Positions 31,806-41,960 of a stretch of DNA of 64,000 bases are shown in pieces. This DNA is from Anaerolineales bacterium (GTDB lineage Bacteria > Chloroflexota > Anaerolineae > Anaerolineales > E44-bin32), in contig JBFFQB010000001.1 of the NCBI GenBank assembly GCA_041573795.1, positions 82,876-146,875 on the forward strand, in the 5' to 3' direction. How positions within the stretch are numbered: position 1 is the first letter of the stretch; each line of letters starts with the position of its first letter. The notes under the pieces are model-generated. The model was not told where the DNA came from, did not search any database, and was given only the letters and a program-made list of their open reading frames with translations. Made by a program: the position numbers and the translations under genes.

Positions 31806-33050
31806 ATGAGTAAAGAATCGGGAGAAGATCGGACAAAACTGCGCCGCCGCTTAAGCCGGCTTGGTGGTGATTCGTCCGCGCGCAATAAGCAACCGAAGCG
31901 GGGCAGCCCCGCTCCGGATGACCGCCTGGGCTTAGCGATCGATACCCCGCATGGCCTGGCTTATGTAATCGAAGAACGTTTTCCTCTGCAGTACAGCCAC
32001 GGAAGGCGAAGGTTGGATGAATATTTTGGCTATGCTCCTGATCTAGCCGCGCGGGTAGCACGGGATGCCAGCCTGACGGAAGTAGATCTGCGGCGCCTTC
32101 TCTTTGTTGATACAGAGACCACCGGGTTGGTTGGGGGCGCTGGCACCATCGCCTTCTTGATTGGTGTGGGGGCCTTCGATGACGATGAATTTATCCTGCG
32201 CCAGTTTTTCCTGCATGAGCCCGGGGAGGAAGCGGCCATGCTGCATGTGCTCCAGGCACAGCTGGACGCAGCCAGTGGTTTTGTCAGTTTTAATGGTCGT
32301 GTGTTCGATCTGCCGCTGATGGAAATGCGATACAGGATGGGTCTGCGGACACGCCTGCCCATTACCTCTTGGCCTCATTTTGATCTGCTCTTTCCAGCTC
32401 GACGTCTGTGGCGACGGACGTTGCCCGACTGTAGCCTGGGAACCCTTGAGAAACATATCCTCGGCGTTCAACGTAGTGATCAGGATGTTCCCGGGGAGTG
32501 GATTCCAGGCATCTACCTAGACTATTTGCGTACGGGCAATTTATCTGAAATTCGCAGGGTGGTCTATCACAACCTGATCGATATCCTCAGTCTGGTAGGG
32601 TTGTCAGTGGAGATCTTGAATCGTCACGACAGTGAATCTGATGCTGCGCTAAGCGGGGCGGAAGCGCTGGGTGTGGCACGCTGGCATGAAAGTGCTGGTC
32701 GAGACGACTCGGCTGTCAGTGCATTTCAGGCCGCGGTAGCCAGTCAAGACGAGGCCGTTCGGTTGGAAGCCTTGCGCTATTGGACGGCTCATTTAAAGCG
32801 CAGCGGGCAGCGGCAGCAAGCCGTGCCCTACTGGGAGCAGTGGCATGAATTGGCGCAGGATGATCCCCGCCCTTGTGTCGAACTAGCGAAATATTATGAG
32901 TGGCATGTCAAAGATTTAAAGAAAGCCGCCAGGTGGGCGCAAACAGCGCTGGTATGTTTGAGCCATTGGCCAAAGGATTGGCGCCATGATCAAGCCTGGG
33001 ATGAAATCAAGCACCGCATCAGCCGTCTTGAGAAGAAGAAAGCTTCCTAG
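31806..33050 (+). CDS. YprB-like RNase H-fold (DEDD-type) exonuclease domain protein with TPR-like C-terminus
   Basis: LLFVDTETTGL motif and downstream FNGRVFDLPLM and YHNLIDILSL segments; helical repeat C-terminal region. Confidence 0.7.
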   Translation: MSKESGEDRTKLRRRLSRLGGDSSARNKQPKRGSPAPDDRLGLAIDTPHGLAYVIEERFPLQYSHGRRRLDEYFGYAPDLAARVARDASLTEVDLRRLLFVDTETTGLVGGAGTIAFLIGVGAFDDDEFILRQFFLHEPGEEAAMLHVLQAQLDAASGFVSFNGRVFDLPLMEMRYRMGLRTRLPITSWPHFDLLFPARRLWRRTLPDCSLGTLEKHILGVQRSDQDVPGEWIPGIYLDYLRTGNLSEIRRVVYHNLIDILSLVGLSVEILNRHDSESDAALSGAEALGVARWHESAGRDDSAVSAFQAAVASQDEAVRLEALRYWTAHLKRSGQRQQAVPYWEQWHELAQDDPRPCVELAKYYEWHVKDLKKAARWAQTALVCLSHWPKDWRHDQAWDEIKHRISRLEKKKAS

Positions 33051-33105
33051 ATGGGTCTGAGTATTAGATGGCGTGATCTTTTGGGTTGGACCTGGTTAGG
33101 AAAGA

Positions 33106-33513
33106 TCATGTTTGCTGCAACTGTGCTGCTACCTGTTTTATCCGAGCGTTTGCTTCCCGGGCGACCGCTCGCATTTCTGGATTTTCTCCCAATGAGCCAA
33201 CGGTCAGCATCCCTTCGGGATTTGCGAGCGAAACCAGGATCTCTCCCTCCACTTCTTCGACGGTCACATTGCAGGGCAGCAAAACGCCAACCGAAGAATC
33301 GGCGGTAAGTGCTCGATATGCAAGCGGTGGGTTGCAGGCTCCCAGGATTGTATACGGTCTGAAATCTTCATTAAGCTTTTGCTTCAGTGTGCTCTTCAAA
33401 TCAATCTGTGTTAGCACTCCAAAACCCTCTCTTTTCAGAGCAGCAGTTACTGTCTCAATCGCAGCTTTATGGGTGCCCTGAATTCGAACATGATAGGCGA
33501 GGGGTTGTTCCAT
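33106..33513 (-). CDS. DUF302-family protein
   Basis: GFGVLTQIDLKSTLKQKL...YTILGACNP...LLPCNVTV pattern. AAGGAG 7 nt upstream of ATG 33513. Confidence 0.75.
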   Translation of the reverse strand: MEQPLAYHVRIQGTHKAAIETVTAALKREGFGVLTQIDLKSTLKQKLNEDFRPYTILGACNPPLAYRALTADSSVGVLLPCNVTVEEVEGEILVSLANPEGMLTVGSLGENPEMRAVAREANARIKQVAAQLQQT

Positions 33514-33588
33514 TGCATTACTCCTTGCATATAAAATCGCTTTGAGCACGATGCTAATCACATTGTTTGTATGGTTGTGTTGTGAAGC

Positions 33589-35667
33589 TTAGCCCTGGAT
33601 AGAGGCCGCACTTTCGTTCAGCTCATGGCGCACGGCCTGGTATAGATGCTCTGCTTTAAGCTCGTGCAAGGTGTAGCAAACCCCCCCGAGTTCATCGGCC
33701 AATTTCTGGGCTAATCCCTGATCGAAGGCGGCGTGTTCCATGTTGATCACGACCGAGTTTATGTTTTCATTTTGGATACGATTGGCCATCTGATGGGCCT
33801 CATCCTGGGGAGCCATATCGCTCATGGAAACATTGCCAGCGCCGTCTGTGAGGACGATCATAAGGGGTAAGACATCCGGATGAAGAACTTTTTCCTTCCG
33901 AATCACCTCAAGTGCAAGGCTCAAACCAGCAGATAAGGGGGTTTTACCACCCACGGGAATATCTGCCAGGGCGCGCTGGGCAAGCTGGACAGAATTGGTC
34001 GGTGGCAAGATGCTGATGGCGCGATCTTTCTGGAAGACAATCATGCCGACTCGATCACGGCGCTGGTAGGCATCGGTGAGGAGAGAAAGGATCGCCCCTT
34101 TCGTCGCCGACATGCGTTCAGCTACGGCCATGGACCAGGAAGCGTCCACTACGAACAGGATCAAGTTGGGTGCCTTGCGCGCACGCACCTTACGGTGCAG
34201 GTCGGATGGCAGGATGGCGAAGGAGACATGCTGGCGTTGTCCAACCCGCTTGATTTGGTAGGGTGCTGCGGCACGTATAGTGGCATCAAAGGCAATATCG
34301 CTGGTCTTCTTGCGCATAGGCCGAGCCTGGTAATAGCGACCGCGTTTTAGCTCGGTGCGCGAGCGCGTCCTGCGCCCACTTTGACGACGTGACATCCGAT
34401 CGAAGTTTCCTTCGATTTTCCGGGGTACAAACGAACTTCCAACCTTTACCTTATCGCCGCCTTCCCACCAGCGCGCAGAGAGGTTGTCAGGCGTGGGCTG
34501 ACGTTGAGGCTCGGCCATCTCGCGCTCTTCTGAAGCTTCAGCTTCTTCGTCCGCTAAGACGGGCTTAGGTCTTTTTTTTTTGGACTCTGCGTTTTCTTCT
34601 TCGGAGGGGAGATCGAGGCTATCGCTGCTTTGATTCGCATCGGCCTGGATTTGTTCAATCCTTGATTGTAACTCCTCGATGTTAATTTCGACTTGCTGGA
34701 AAGGACCGCGTCGCAGGCGATGGGGCAAAGCTAGTTCGGCGGCGAGAGCGATATCGCGTTGATTGATCTGTTTCCGGCCTTCATAGGCTGCATGTGCCCG
34801 GGCGGCTTTTAGTATAACCAGGTCCGCTCGATGGCCATCTACCTGCATCGATGCGGTAAGTGCAGCGATGGCAAGCAAGTCGCGTTTTGAGTAGGTTACG
34901 GAATCTACCATATGGCGGGCAGCATCAATTTCCTTGGAAAGCTGCTGCTCGCGATCTAACCAGACCGCACGGAAAGCCTCAGGGTTACTCTCAAACTCGA
35001 GGTTTCGCTCCATAATCGCGACTCGATCCTGCGGGTCGTATAAACCGCGAATTTGAACGGACAGTGCGAAGCGATCGAGCAATTGTGGCCTAAGATCCCC
35101 TTCTTCCGGGTTCATCGTGCCCACGAGGATATAGCGGGCGGGGTGGCTGAAGGAGATCCCCTCGCGCTCGACAATATTCATCCCCAGCGCAGCTGAATCC
35201 AGCAAGACATCGACGACATGGTCATCAAGCAGGTTTACTTCGTCGATATAGAGCAGCCCCCGATTGGCAGAAGCGAGGATCCCGGGTTCAAAATGGCGCT
35301 CACCCTCTTTGATGGCTCGCTCGATATCGAGAGTGCCTACGACGCGATCCTCGGTAGCGGAGACGGGAAGATCAACGAATGACGTGGGTTGTGTCACGAC
35401 GGGCAGTTCTCCCCCCAACTCCAAGCGCTCGCGACACTCCGTACACAAACTCATGGGTAGCCTGGGATCACAGCGGAAACGACAATCAACGACGACGTCT
35501 ACATCTGGTAGCAGGGCTGAAAGTGCGCGTGCGGCTGTGGATTTTGCCGTGCCGCGCTCGCCGCGGATCAACACTCCCCCAATGCGAGGGTTGATTGCGT
35601 TCAAAATGAGCGCACGACGCATGCGTTCCTGGCCAACAATAGCCGTGAAAGGATAGACAATTGCCAT
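33589..35667 (-). CDS. Mg-chelatase-type AAA+ (ChlI/BchI-like) fused via acidic/Pro linker to a vWA domain (ChlD/BchD architecture)
   Basis: YPFTAIVGQERMRRALIL, Walker A variant GERGTAKST, Walker B LYIDEVNLL, acidic linker, C-terminal vWA with MIDAS-like DASWSM. Confidence 0.85.
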   Translation of the reverse strand: MAIVYPFTAIVGQERMRRALILNAINPRIGGVLIRGERGTAKSTAARALSALLPDVDVVVDCRFRCDPRLPMSLCTECRERLELGGELPVVTQPTSFVDLPVSATEDRVVGTLDIERAIKEGERHFEPGILASANRGLLYIDEVNLLDDHVVDVLLDSAALGMNIVEREGISFSHPARYILVGTMNPEEGDLRPQLLDRFALSVQIRGLYDPQDRVAIMERNLEFESNPEAFRAVWLDREQQLSKEIDAARHMVDSVTYSKRDLLAIAALTASMQVDGHRADLVILKAARAHAAYEGRKQINQRDIALAAELALPHRLRRGPFQQVEINIEELQSRIEQIQADANQSSDSLDLPSEEENAESKKKRPKPVLADEEAEASEEREMAEPQRQPTPDNLSARWWEGGDKVKVGSSFVPRKIEGNFDRMSRRQSGRRTRSRTELKRGRYYQARPMRKKTSDIAFDATIRAAAPYQIKRVGQRQHVSFAILPSDLHRKVRARKAPNLILFVVDASWSMAVAERMSATKGAILSLLTDAYQRRDRVGMIVFQKDRAISILPPTNSVQLAQRALADIPVGGKTPLSAGLSLALEVIRKEKVLHPDVLPLMIVLTDGAGNVSMSDMAPQDEAHQMANRIQNENINSVVINMEHAAFDQGLAQKLADELGGVCYTLHELKAEHLYQAVRHELNESAASIQG

Positions 35668-35724
35668 TAAAAATGGTCTCCGGCGGGATTATACCCCATA
35701 GGACTACCCCAAAACCATGCACGG

Positions 35725-35753
35725 TTTACAATCAGGGTCATCCCCTTTATAAT
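35725..35753 (+). promoter_or_regulatory. sigma70 promoter of rpsA
   Basis: TTTACA (35725-35730), 17 nt, TATAAT (35748-35753), about 36 nt upstream of the ATG; GGAG RBS follows. Confidence 0.7.
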
Positions 35754-35789
35754 GCTCCTCTATCATTTTAACTGGAGACCGATACCTAT

Positions 35790-37541
35790 ATGAATGCTAA
35801 TGAAAACGCCATTGGGGAAGATGTCCTCTCGCCCCAGGAGGAAAATCAACGAGAGGAACACCCGATGGATGCTCTGCTAGAAGCAGAAGCATATGACCTC
35901 GAAACCCCTCGTCGTGGTGAAATCCGGACAGGCACGATCGCACGGATCAGCGAGAACGATGTTCTTGTTGATGTTGGGGCGAAATCCGAGGGCGTGATTC
36001 CCCACAGGGAATTGGAACAAATGTCCGAGGAGCAGCGAGCCAATCTCGATGTCGGCCAGGAAGTGGATGTCTACGTCATCCGCTCGGCTGATCGCGATGG
36101 CACTATGCTGCTTTCTCTATCGCGGGCAGAAGAAGAGCAAGATTGGCGCGATGTCGAGGCATACATGGAGAGTCGCGATACGGTCGATAGCATCGTGGCT
36201 GGGTATAACAAGGGTGGTCTCATCGTTAAATATGGCCAATTGCGCGGGTTCATCCCCGCCTCACAGGTCAGCCTTTCCCGCAGACGTCGCTCAGAAGGAG
36301 AGACACCTGATCAGCGCTGGGGGAAGATGGTGGGTGAACCGATCGTAACGCGCGTAATCGAGGTTGATCGTCGTCGCAACCGCTTAATTCTCTCGGAGAA
36401 AGCAGCCGCACGCGAGGCACGCGATGCACTAAAAGAGCGCCTGATCGCCGAGTTGACACCGGGAGAGGTGCGCGAGGGGACCGTAATCAGCCTGGCTGAT
36501 TTTGGAGCTTTCGTGGACATTGGTGGCGCAGATGGTTTGATCCACATCTCAGAGGTCTCTTGGAAACGCGTTGATCACCCCAAAGATGTCCTTAAAGTAG
36601 GGCAGGACGTTAAGGTGAAGGTTCTCAATATTGATGAGGACCGCAATCGCATCAGCCTTTCGTTGCGCGAGCTGGAGGACAATCCCTGGGACGAAATCAT
36701 GGCAGGTTTCGTGGAGGGACAACTGGTCGAAGGCACCATCACAAAGTTGACTAAATTTGGAGCGTTTGCAGCAATAAAGGGATTAGAAGATTTTGAGATT
36801 GAGGGTTTGATACATATCTCAGAATTAGCGGAACGACGTATTGAGCATCCCAAGGAAATTGTGGAAGAAGAACAGACAGTTACCTTGCGCTTGATCAAAA
36901 TTGATCGAGAGAAACGCCGGATTGGGCTCAGCCTGAAGCGAGTCGACTCGGCTGAATATGCAGAGATCGATTGGAAGACGGCCATGCAAGAAATGGAGAG
37001 CCCTGACGATTCCACCGAGGGTGAAACTGAAGCGGAAGTTGAAGATTTTGACGCCGCCCTCGAGACAGACATCAGCGATGTCGCCCCGGATGAGTTGGAG
37101 GCGCTAAGCGAGGAGATCGAGGCGGATATTCCAGTGGAAGAAATGGAATCCACCGAACCGGAAGCAGAAGCTGTCACTGAAACGGTCGAGGCGGACGTTG
37201 AGGCTGTCGAGCCTGAAGCCACAGCGGAAGTGCTCGAGGCTGAGGATGAGCCCACGCCAAGATCAGAAGATGATCCCGTAGAATCTCCTGAAGCCGAGCA
37301 AGAGACGGCGGAAGAGCTTGAAGCGGACCAGGATCTCGATAAAGCAGAACCCGAGGTTGGATCGGCGGAGCTGGACACGGAAGAAACCGCAGAAGCCGAG
37401 AATGCTGCGGAGCATGAACTTGAAGAGCCCGATGAGGGCGATAGGCAGGATCCTGCCCAAAGCGAAATGGAAGATCCAGAAGCTGTTGAGGGCATGGCGC
37501 CCCAGGATGAGGACGAAGATACGAAGGAAGCCGAAGAATAG
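35790..37541 (+). CDS. rpsA: 30S ribosomal protein S1 (four S1 domains) with about 170-aa acidic C-terminal tail
   Basis: Four S1 OB repeats (GTIARISENDVLVDVG, GYNKGGLIVKYG, GTVISLADFGAFVDIG, GTITKLTKFGAFAAI), then a Glu/Asp/Ala/Thr-rich low-complexity tail. Confidence 0.9.
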   Translation: MNANENAIGEDVLSPQEENQREEHPMDALLEAEAYDLETPRRGEIRTGTIARISENDVLVDVGAKSEGVIPHRELEQMSEEQRANLDVGQEVDVYVIRSADRDGTMLLSLSRAEEEQDWRDVEAYMESRDTVDSIVAGYNKGGLIVKYGQLRGFIPASQVSLSRRRRSEGETPDQRWGKMVGEPIVTRVIEVDRRRNRLILSEKAAAREARDALKERLIAELTPGEVREGTVISLADFGAFVDIGGADGLIHISEVSWKRVDHPKDVLKVGQDVKVKVLNIDEDRNRISLSLRELEDNPWDEIMAGFVEGQLVEGTITKLTKFGAFAAIKGLEDFEIEGLIHISELAERRIEHPKEIVEEEQTVTLRLIKIDREKRRIGLSLKRVDSAEYAEIDWKTAMQEMESPDDSTEGETEAEVEDFDAALETDISDVAPDELEALSEEIEADIPVEEMESTEPEAEAVTETVEADVEAVEPEATAEVLEAEDEPTPRSEDDPVESPEAEQETAEELEADQDLDKAEPEVGSAELDTEETAEAENAAEHELEEPDEGDRQDPAQSEMEDPEAVEGMAPQDEDEDTKEAEE

Positions 37542-37559
37542 CCAGCCATCCTGAAAGAC

Positions 37560-37592
37560 GGGCGGGCGCACAATTGTGCGCCTGCTTTTTGT
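37560..37592 (+). terminator. rho-independent terminator after rpsA
   Basis: Perfect palindrome GGCGCACAATTGTGCGCC (37565-37582) followed by TGCTTTTTGTTT. Confidence 0.85.
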
Positions 37593-37642
37593 TTGCTATG
37601 GGGGAAAATCCTCCTAATCTTGAAGGGTGCGATCATAATCTT

Positions 37643-37679
37643 TGGTAGAATGAGATAAGTCAAGTGGAAAATAAGTCAA
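37643..37679 (+). promoter_or_regulatory. extended -10 (TGGTAGAAT) plus tandem ATAAGTCAA direct repeat upstream of clpC
   Basis: TGGTAGAAT at 37643-37651. ATAAGTCAA at 37655-37663 and 37671-37679 (16-bp period), between the -10 and GGAGG (37687-37691). Confidence 0.5.
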
Positions 37680-37698
37680 TATAGCTGGAGGGTAAATT

Positions 37699-40191
37699 GT
37701 GGCCGATAAGATGGAGCGCTTCACGCAGAGGGCAAGGCGGGTACTAAGCCTGGCGCATGAGGAAGCTGAAAGGCTACACCACAATTACATAGGCACCGAG
37801 CATCTCCTTCTTGGTTTGATTCGCGAGGAAGGTGGCGTGGCTGGTCGCGTCTTACGAGAACTGGGATTGGATCCAGCCCGTGTGAAAGAGATGGTCGAGC
37901 GTCTTACAGGTCGTGGCCGGCACACAGGAGGGCGGATTGAGCTGGCGCCTGCGACCGAGGCTGTCTTGCAAGACGCGATAGACCAGGCGCGTGGGATGGG
38001 ACACCACTATATCGGCACAGAGCATATTCTGCTGGGGTTGGTGAGCCAATCTGAGGGTGTCGGGCTTGACGTTCTCAAGCACCTTGGGATCACCCCGGAA
38101 CAAGTGCGCCGGCAGACCAAAAGAATCCTTCAGGAAAGTCCGACCCGACGAGTATCTCAAAAAGGTGCTTCACGGAAACGCGAAGCCTCTGCAAAGACTC
38201 CTTTAGTCGATCAGCTCGCGACGGATCTCACAACCCTGGCTGAAGAAGATAAGCTGGATCCTGTTATCGGTCGAGAGATGGAGATCGAACGCGTGATCCA
38301 GATCCTGGCCCGAAGGACCAAGAACAATCCCGCGCTCATCGGCGAGCCGGGCGTTGGCAAGACAGCTATCGTTGAAGGACTGGCACAACGAATCGTTGCC
38401 GGGGAGACACCGGGACCCTTGATCGGAAAACGCGTGCTTCAGCTTGATGTTGGCTCCCTGGTGGCGGGGACGATGTATCGTGGTCAGTTCGAGGAACGTT
38501 TGAAGCGTGTGATCGATGAGCTCAAAGCTTCTGACGCAATCCTCTTCATCGATGAGGTCCACATGTTGGTTGGAGCGGGTTCGGCTGGTTCTTCTGTCGA
38601 TGCTGCCAATATCCTCAAACCTGCGCTTTCGCGGGGGGAATTACAAGTCATCGGTGCCACCACGCTTGATGAGTATCGCAAACATATCGAGAGCGATGCT
38701 GCGCTTGAGCGTCGTTTCCAACCGGTTATGGTTGAAGAACCCTCGATCGAAGAAACCATCGATATCCTGCGAGGGGTACGTCGACCCTATGAGGAGCACC
38801 ACAAACTTCTGATCACAGATGAAGCTCTCGAATCGGCTGCGCACCTGTCTGCCCGCTACGTAAGCGATCGTTTCCTTCCGGACAAGGCCATTGATTTGAT
38901 CGATGAATCCGCCTCGCGCGTACGAATGTATAAGAGCGAGGAAGCAATCTCACTGAGAGAGATCATCAAACAACTTCGTCAGGTTCGTGAAAATTACAAT
39001 CAGGCGGTTGACCAGAATCGCACGGATGAGGCGCAGACCTTTGCTGACCAGGAATCGGAGCTAGAGAATCGGCTGGAGCAACTTCAGTCATCTTGGGACC
39101 GAGCGGAGAGTGACACACGTGTCACTGAAGATGATATTGCCGAGGTTGTCTCGATGTGGACCGGCGTGCCGGTTATGCAACTGGCCGAGGCGGAATCCGA
39201 ACGCTTGCTCAGCATGGAGGATGTACTTCACGAGAGGATCATCGGACAGGATGAGGCCATTACTGCCATAGCTAAAGCGGTGCGGCGATCACGCGCAGGC
39301 CTAAAAGACCCCAGACGACCGATTGGATCCTTCATCTTCCTGGGGCCAACAGGAGTTGGCAAAACGGAACTTACCAAGGCCTTGGCCGAATTTATGTTTG
39401 GCTCAGAGGATGCGCTGGTGCAGATCGACATGTCCGAGCTCATGGAGCGACACGCAGTTAGCCGTCTTGTCGGCGCACCTCCTGGATATGTTGGCTACGA
39501 AGACGCCGGTCAGCTCACCGAAGCCATCCGCAGACGGCCATATTCTATCGTCGTCTTTGATGAGGTAGAGAAGGCTCACCCCGAGGCGCACAACATGCTA
39601 CTCCAGATTATGGAGGAAGGTCAGTTGTCAGATGCGCGCGGGCGTAAAGTCGATTTTCGCAATGCAATTATTGTGATGACCTCAAATGTGGGCGCGGATA
39701 TGATCCAGCGTCAGACAAACCTGGGATTTGATCTTCCAGCGGATGAGGAGGCCGAGGAGCGCCTGGCATACGATGAGATGCACAAGAAGCTCACCGAAGC
39801 TCTCAAGAAAGTTTTCCGGCCGGAGTTTCTCAACCGGGTGGATTCAATCATGGTCTTCCACGCGCTGACCAAGGATCAAATTACGCTGATTGTTGATCTG
39901 GAAATAGAAAAAGTTTCCGAGCGCTTGAAGGAACATGAGATCCAATTGGTGACCTCCGAAGAGGCCCGTCTCAAGTTGGCCGATCTAGGTTACGATCCAG
40001 AGATGGGCGCGCGACCGTTGCGCCGTGAAATTCAGAATCGGGTCGAGGATCAACTTTCCGATGCCCTCTTAGCTGGCACATTTAAGTCGGGGGATTTGAT
40101 ATTGATCGATGTTGAGGATGATGAAATTGTTCTGAAAACCGGAAAAGCTGAAACCGAAGATGAAGCCCAAGAAGCGGTAGCCACAGTCTAA
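37699..40191 (+). CDS. clpC: ATP-dependent Clp protease ATP-binding subunit ClpC
   Basis: Double Clp_N repeat, two Walker A motifs ([30 protein letters not shown]), middle coiled coil. GTG start with GGAGGG 6 nt upstream. Confidence 0.95.
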   Translation: MADKMERFTQRARRVLSLAHEEAERLHHNYIGTEHLLLGLIREEGGVAGRVLRELGLDPARVKEMVERLTGRGRHTGGRIELAPATEAVLQDAIDQARGMGHHYIGTEHILLGLVSQSEGVGLDVLKHLGITPEQVRRQTKRILQESPTRRVSQKGASRKREASAKTPLVDQLATDLTTLAEEDKLDPVIGREMEIERVIQILARRTKNNPALIGEPGVGKTAIVEGLAQRIVAGETPGPLIGKRVLQLDVGSLVAGTMYRGQFEERLKRVIDELKASDAILFIDEVHMLVGAGSAGSSVDAANILKPALSRGELQVIGATTLDEYRKHIESDAALERRFQPVMVEEPSIEETIDILRGVRRPYEEHHKLLITDEALESAAHLSARYVSDRFLPDKAIDLIDESASRVRMYKSEEAISLREIIKQLRQVRENYNQAVDQNRTDEAQTFADQESELENRLEQLQSSWDRAESDTRVTEDDIAEVVSMWTGVPVMQLAEAESERLLSMEDVLHERIIGQDEAITAIAKAVRRSRAGLKDPRRPIGSFIFLGPTGVGKTELTKALAEFMFGSEDALVQIDMSELMERHAVSRLVGAPPGYVGYEDAGQLTEAIRRRPYSIVVFDEVEKAHPEAHNMLLQIMEEGQLSDARGRKVDFRNAIIVMTSNVGADMIQRQTNLGFDLPADEEAEERLAYDEMHKKLTEALKKVFRPEFLNRVDSIMVFHALTKDQITLIVDLEIEKVSERLKEHEIQLVTSEEARLKLADLGYDPEMGARPLRREIQNRVEDQLSDALLAGTFKSGDLILIDVEDDEIVLKTGKAETEDEAQEAVATV

Positions 40192-40217
40192 GGTATAGAA
40201 AAAGAGCGAAGGGTAAT

Positions 40218-40251
40218 AAGGTCCGGCGGAGACGTCGGGCCTTAATTTTTT
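40218..40251 (+). terminator. terminator-like hairpin after clpC
   Basis: AAGGTCCGGCG-gaga-CGTCGGGCCTT (includes G-U pairs), followed by AATTTTTT. Confidence 0.6.
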
Positions 40252-40288
40252 AAAACGCACGCATCGTATAATCTCATCTGGAGGATCC

Positions 40289-41656
40289 GTGGCCAAGATA
40301 AGAACACACTATATCTGTCAACAATGTGGACGCGTTGCAGCAAAGCCCTTGGGTCGTTGTCCACAATGTGGATCATGGAACAGCATGACGGCTGAAGTGA
40401 CCACAGGGACGCGAAAAGGTGTGCCTACGCTGAAGGGGACCAGAGCCCGTGCGGTGAGGCTATCTGAAGTCGAGGGAGATCCCGAAGAGCGCTTGATGCT
40501 ATCAATTGACGAATTTGCCCGGGTGTTGGGTGGTGGAATTGTGCCTGGTTCGGTTGTGCTGATTGGGGGCGATCCAGGCATTGGTAAATCGACGCTCTTA
40601 CTTCAAACCGCTACTCAGGTGGCGCTAGAGGCACCGGTTTTATATGTCTCCGGGGAAGAATCGGAACGCCAAATCAAACTGCGCTCACGCCGCCTTGGGG
40701 TTGATGAGAGTTTGCTGAAGGATATGTATTTACTCTCGGAGACTGATATTGAAGCAGTCCTATCACAAGTGGAACAGCTGGGCCCGCAGTTGCTTATTAT
40801 TGATTCAATCCAGACCATGCATAGCGCGGAGCTTGAATCGGGCGCGGGCTCCATCACCCAGGTGCGCCAATGCGCTAGTCGGTTGCAGGGATTGGCCAAG
40901 CAATCAGGGATCGCTGTGTTCCTGGTGGGGCATGTTACCAAGGAGGGCTCAATCGCTGGCCCGCGTGTCTTAGAGCATATCGTAGACACGGTGTTGTACT
41001 TAGAGGGTGATCCTTACCATGCCTACCGGCTCTTGCGTTCAGTCAAGAATCGCTTTGGGCCCACATCTGAAGTGGGCGTCTTTGAGATGCAAACGCAAGG
41101 GTTGGTGGAAGTCCCGAACCCCTCTGAAGCCATGTTGGCTGAACGTGTGGTAAATGCACCTGGCTCAGCAGTGGCGGTGACGATGGAAGGGACACGGCCA
41201 CTGCTGGTGGAGATCCAGGGGTTAACAAGTAAGAGTTCCTTCACCAATCCGCGTCGGACAGCGAACGGTGTCGATCTAAGTCGACTCCTTCTGACCGCAG
41301 CTGTGTTATCACGCCGTGCAGGTGTTCGGGTTCTAGATGAGGACATCTTCATTAATGTCGTTGGAGGGTTGCGGATTGGAGAACCAGCTGCAGACCTCGC
41401 CATGGCTATCGCCCTGGCATCCTCGCATCGGGACAAGGTGATCCCGGCGGATATGCTGTTTGTTGGTGAGCTCGGCCTGTCGGGTGAGCTCCGGGCCGTG
41501 TCACAAATTGGTGCGCGATTGAGCGAGGCCATGAAATTAGGATTTCAACGAGCTCTAGTCCCCAAGCAGGCTCGAATTCAAACCAAGGACATTAAAGAAC
41601 TTGAAATAATCCGTGTTCGTTCGCTTAAAGAAGCCTTGCGAATAGCTCTGGATTGA
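40289..41656 (+). CDS. radA: DNA repair protein RadA/Sms
   Basis: N-terminal zinc ribbon (CQQCG...CPQCGSWNS), Walker A GDPGIGKSTLLLQ, KNRFG motif, Lon-like C-terminal domain. Confidence 0.95.
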   Translation: MAKIRTHYICQQCGRVAAKPLGRCPQCGSWNSMTAEVTTGTRKGVPTLKGTRARAVRLSEVEGDPEERLMLSIDEFARVLGGGIVPGSVVLIGGDPGIGKSTLLLQTATQVALEAPVLYVSGEESERQIKLRSRRLGVDESLLKDMYLLSETDIEAVLSQVEQLGPQLLIIDSIQTMHSAELESGAGSITQVRQCASRLQGLAKQSGIAVFLVGHVTKEGSIAGPRVLEHIVDTVLYLEGDPYHAYRLLRSVKNRFGPTSEVGVFEMQTQGLVEVPNPSEAMLAERVVNAPGSAVAVTMEGTRPLLVEIQGLTSKSSFTNPRRTANGVDLSRLLLTAAVLSRRAGVRVLDEDIFINVVGGLRIGEPAADLAMAIALASSHRDKVIPADMLFVGELGLSGELRAVSQIGARLSEAMKLGFQRALVPKQARIQTKDIKELEIIRVRSLKEALRIALD

Positions 41657-41803
41657 CCCGAGCGAGTGCGATTTGTCAGCTCGTCGGCGCGCCTGCTCCA
41701 ATTTAGTCTCACAATTAGCGCCAAGCACGTATTAGCTGGCGGGGAAGCCTCAATAATGGACCTTCGAGTGCAGCGCTCGAAGGTGGCAATGCCGCAAAAT
41801 TAA

Positions 41804-41819
41804 TTTAAGGTAACGTGAG
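41804..41819 (+). repeat. 16-nt direct repeat copy 1 (TTTAAGGTAACGTGAG)
   Basis: Matches 41961-41976 at 15 of 16 positions; both copies abut AT-rich tracts. Confidence 0.7.
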
Positions 41820-41960
41820 GCTTACTGAGCTTGGTTGATTTCTTCTACGCGGAGGCCCATATCTGGGGGTGATCTAACGGGTTGACTGAGATATGGCCCC
41901 AGCACATTGGTTGAATCGTCAAGATAGGCTGACCCGTTCAATGCATTTCAGCGGAGCTCC

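Noticed and set aside
36575-37663. 362-aa minus-strand ORF, Ser/Ala-rich
   Set aside because: It is the antisense shadow of the GAx-rich acidic tail of rpsA. It is extremely low-complexity, runs through the rpsA terminator, and has no recognisable domain or RBS.
37655-37679. Canonical CtsR operator upstream of clpC
   Set aside because: The half-sites resemble (A/G)GTCAAA, but the spacing (16-bp period) differs from the 3-nt-spaced heptad repeat. No ctsR-mcsA-mcsB genes are present upstream. Kept only as an unassigned repeat.
41023-41532. 169-aa minus-strand ORF
   Set aside because: It is the antisense shadow of radA and is Arg/Ser/Pro-rich.
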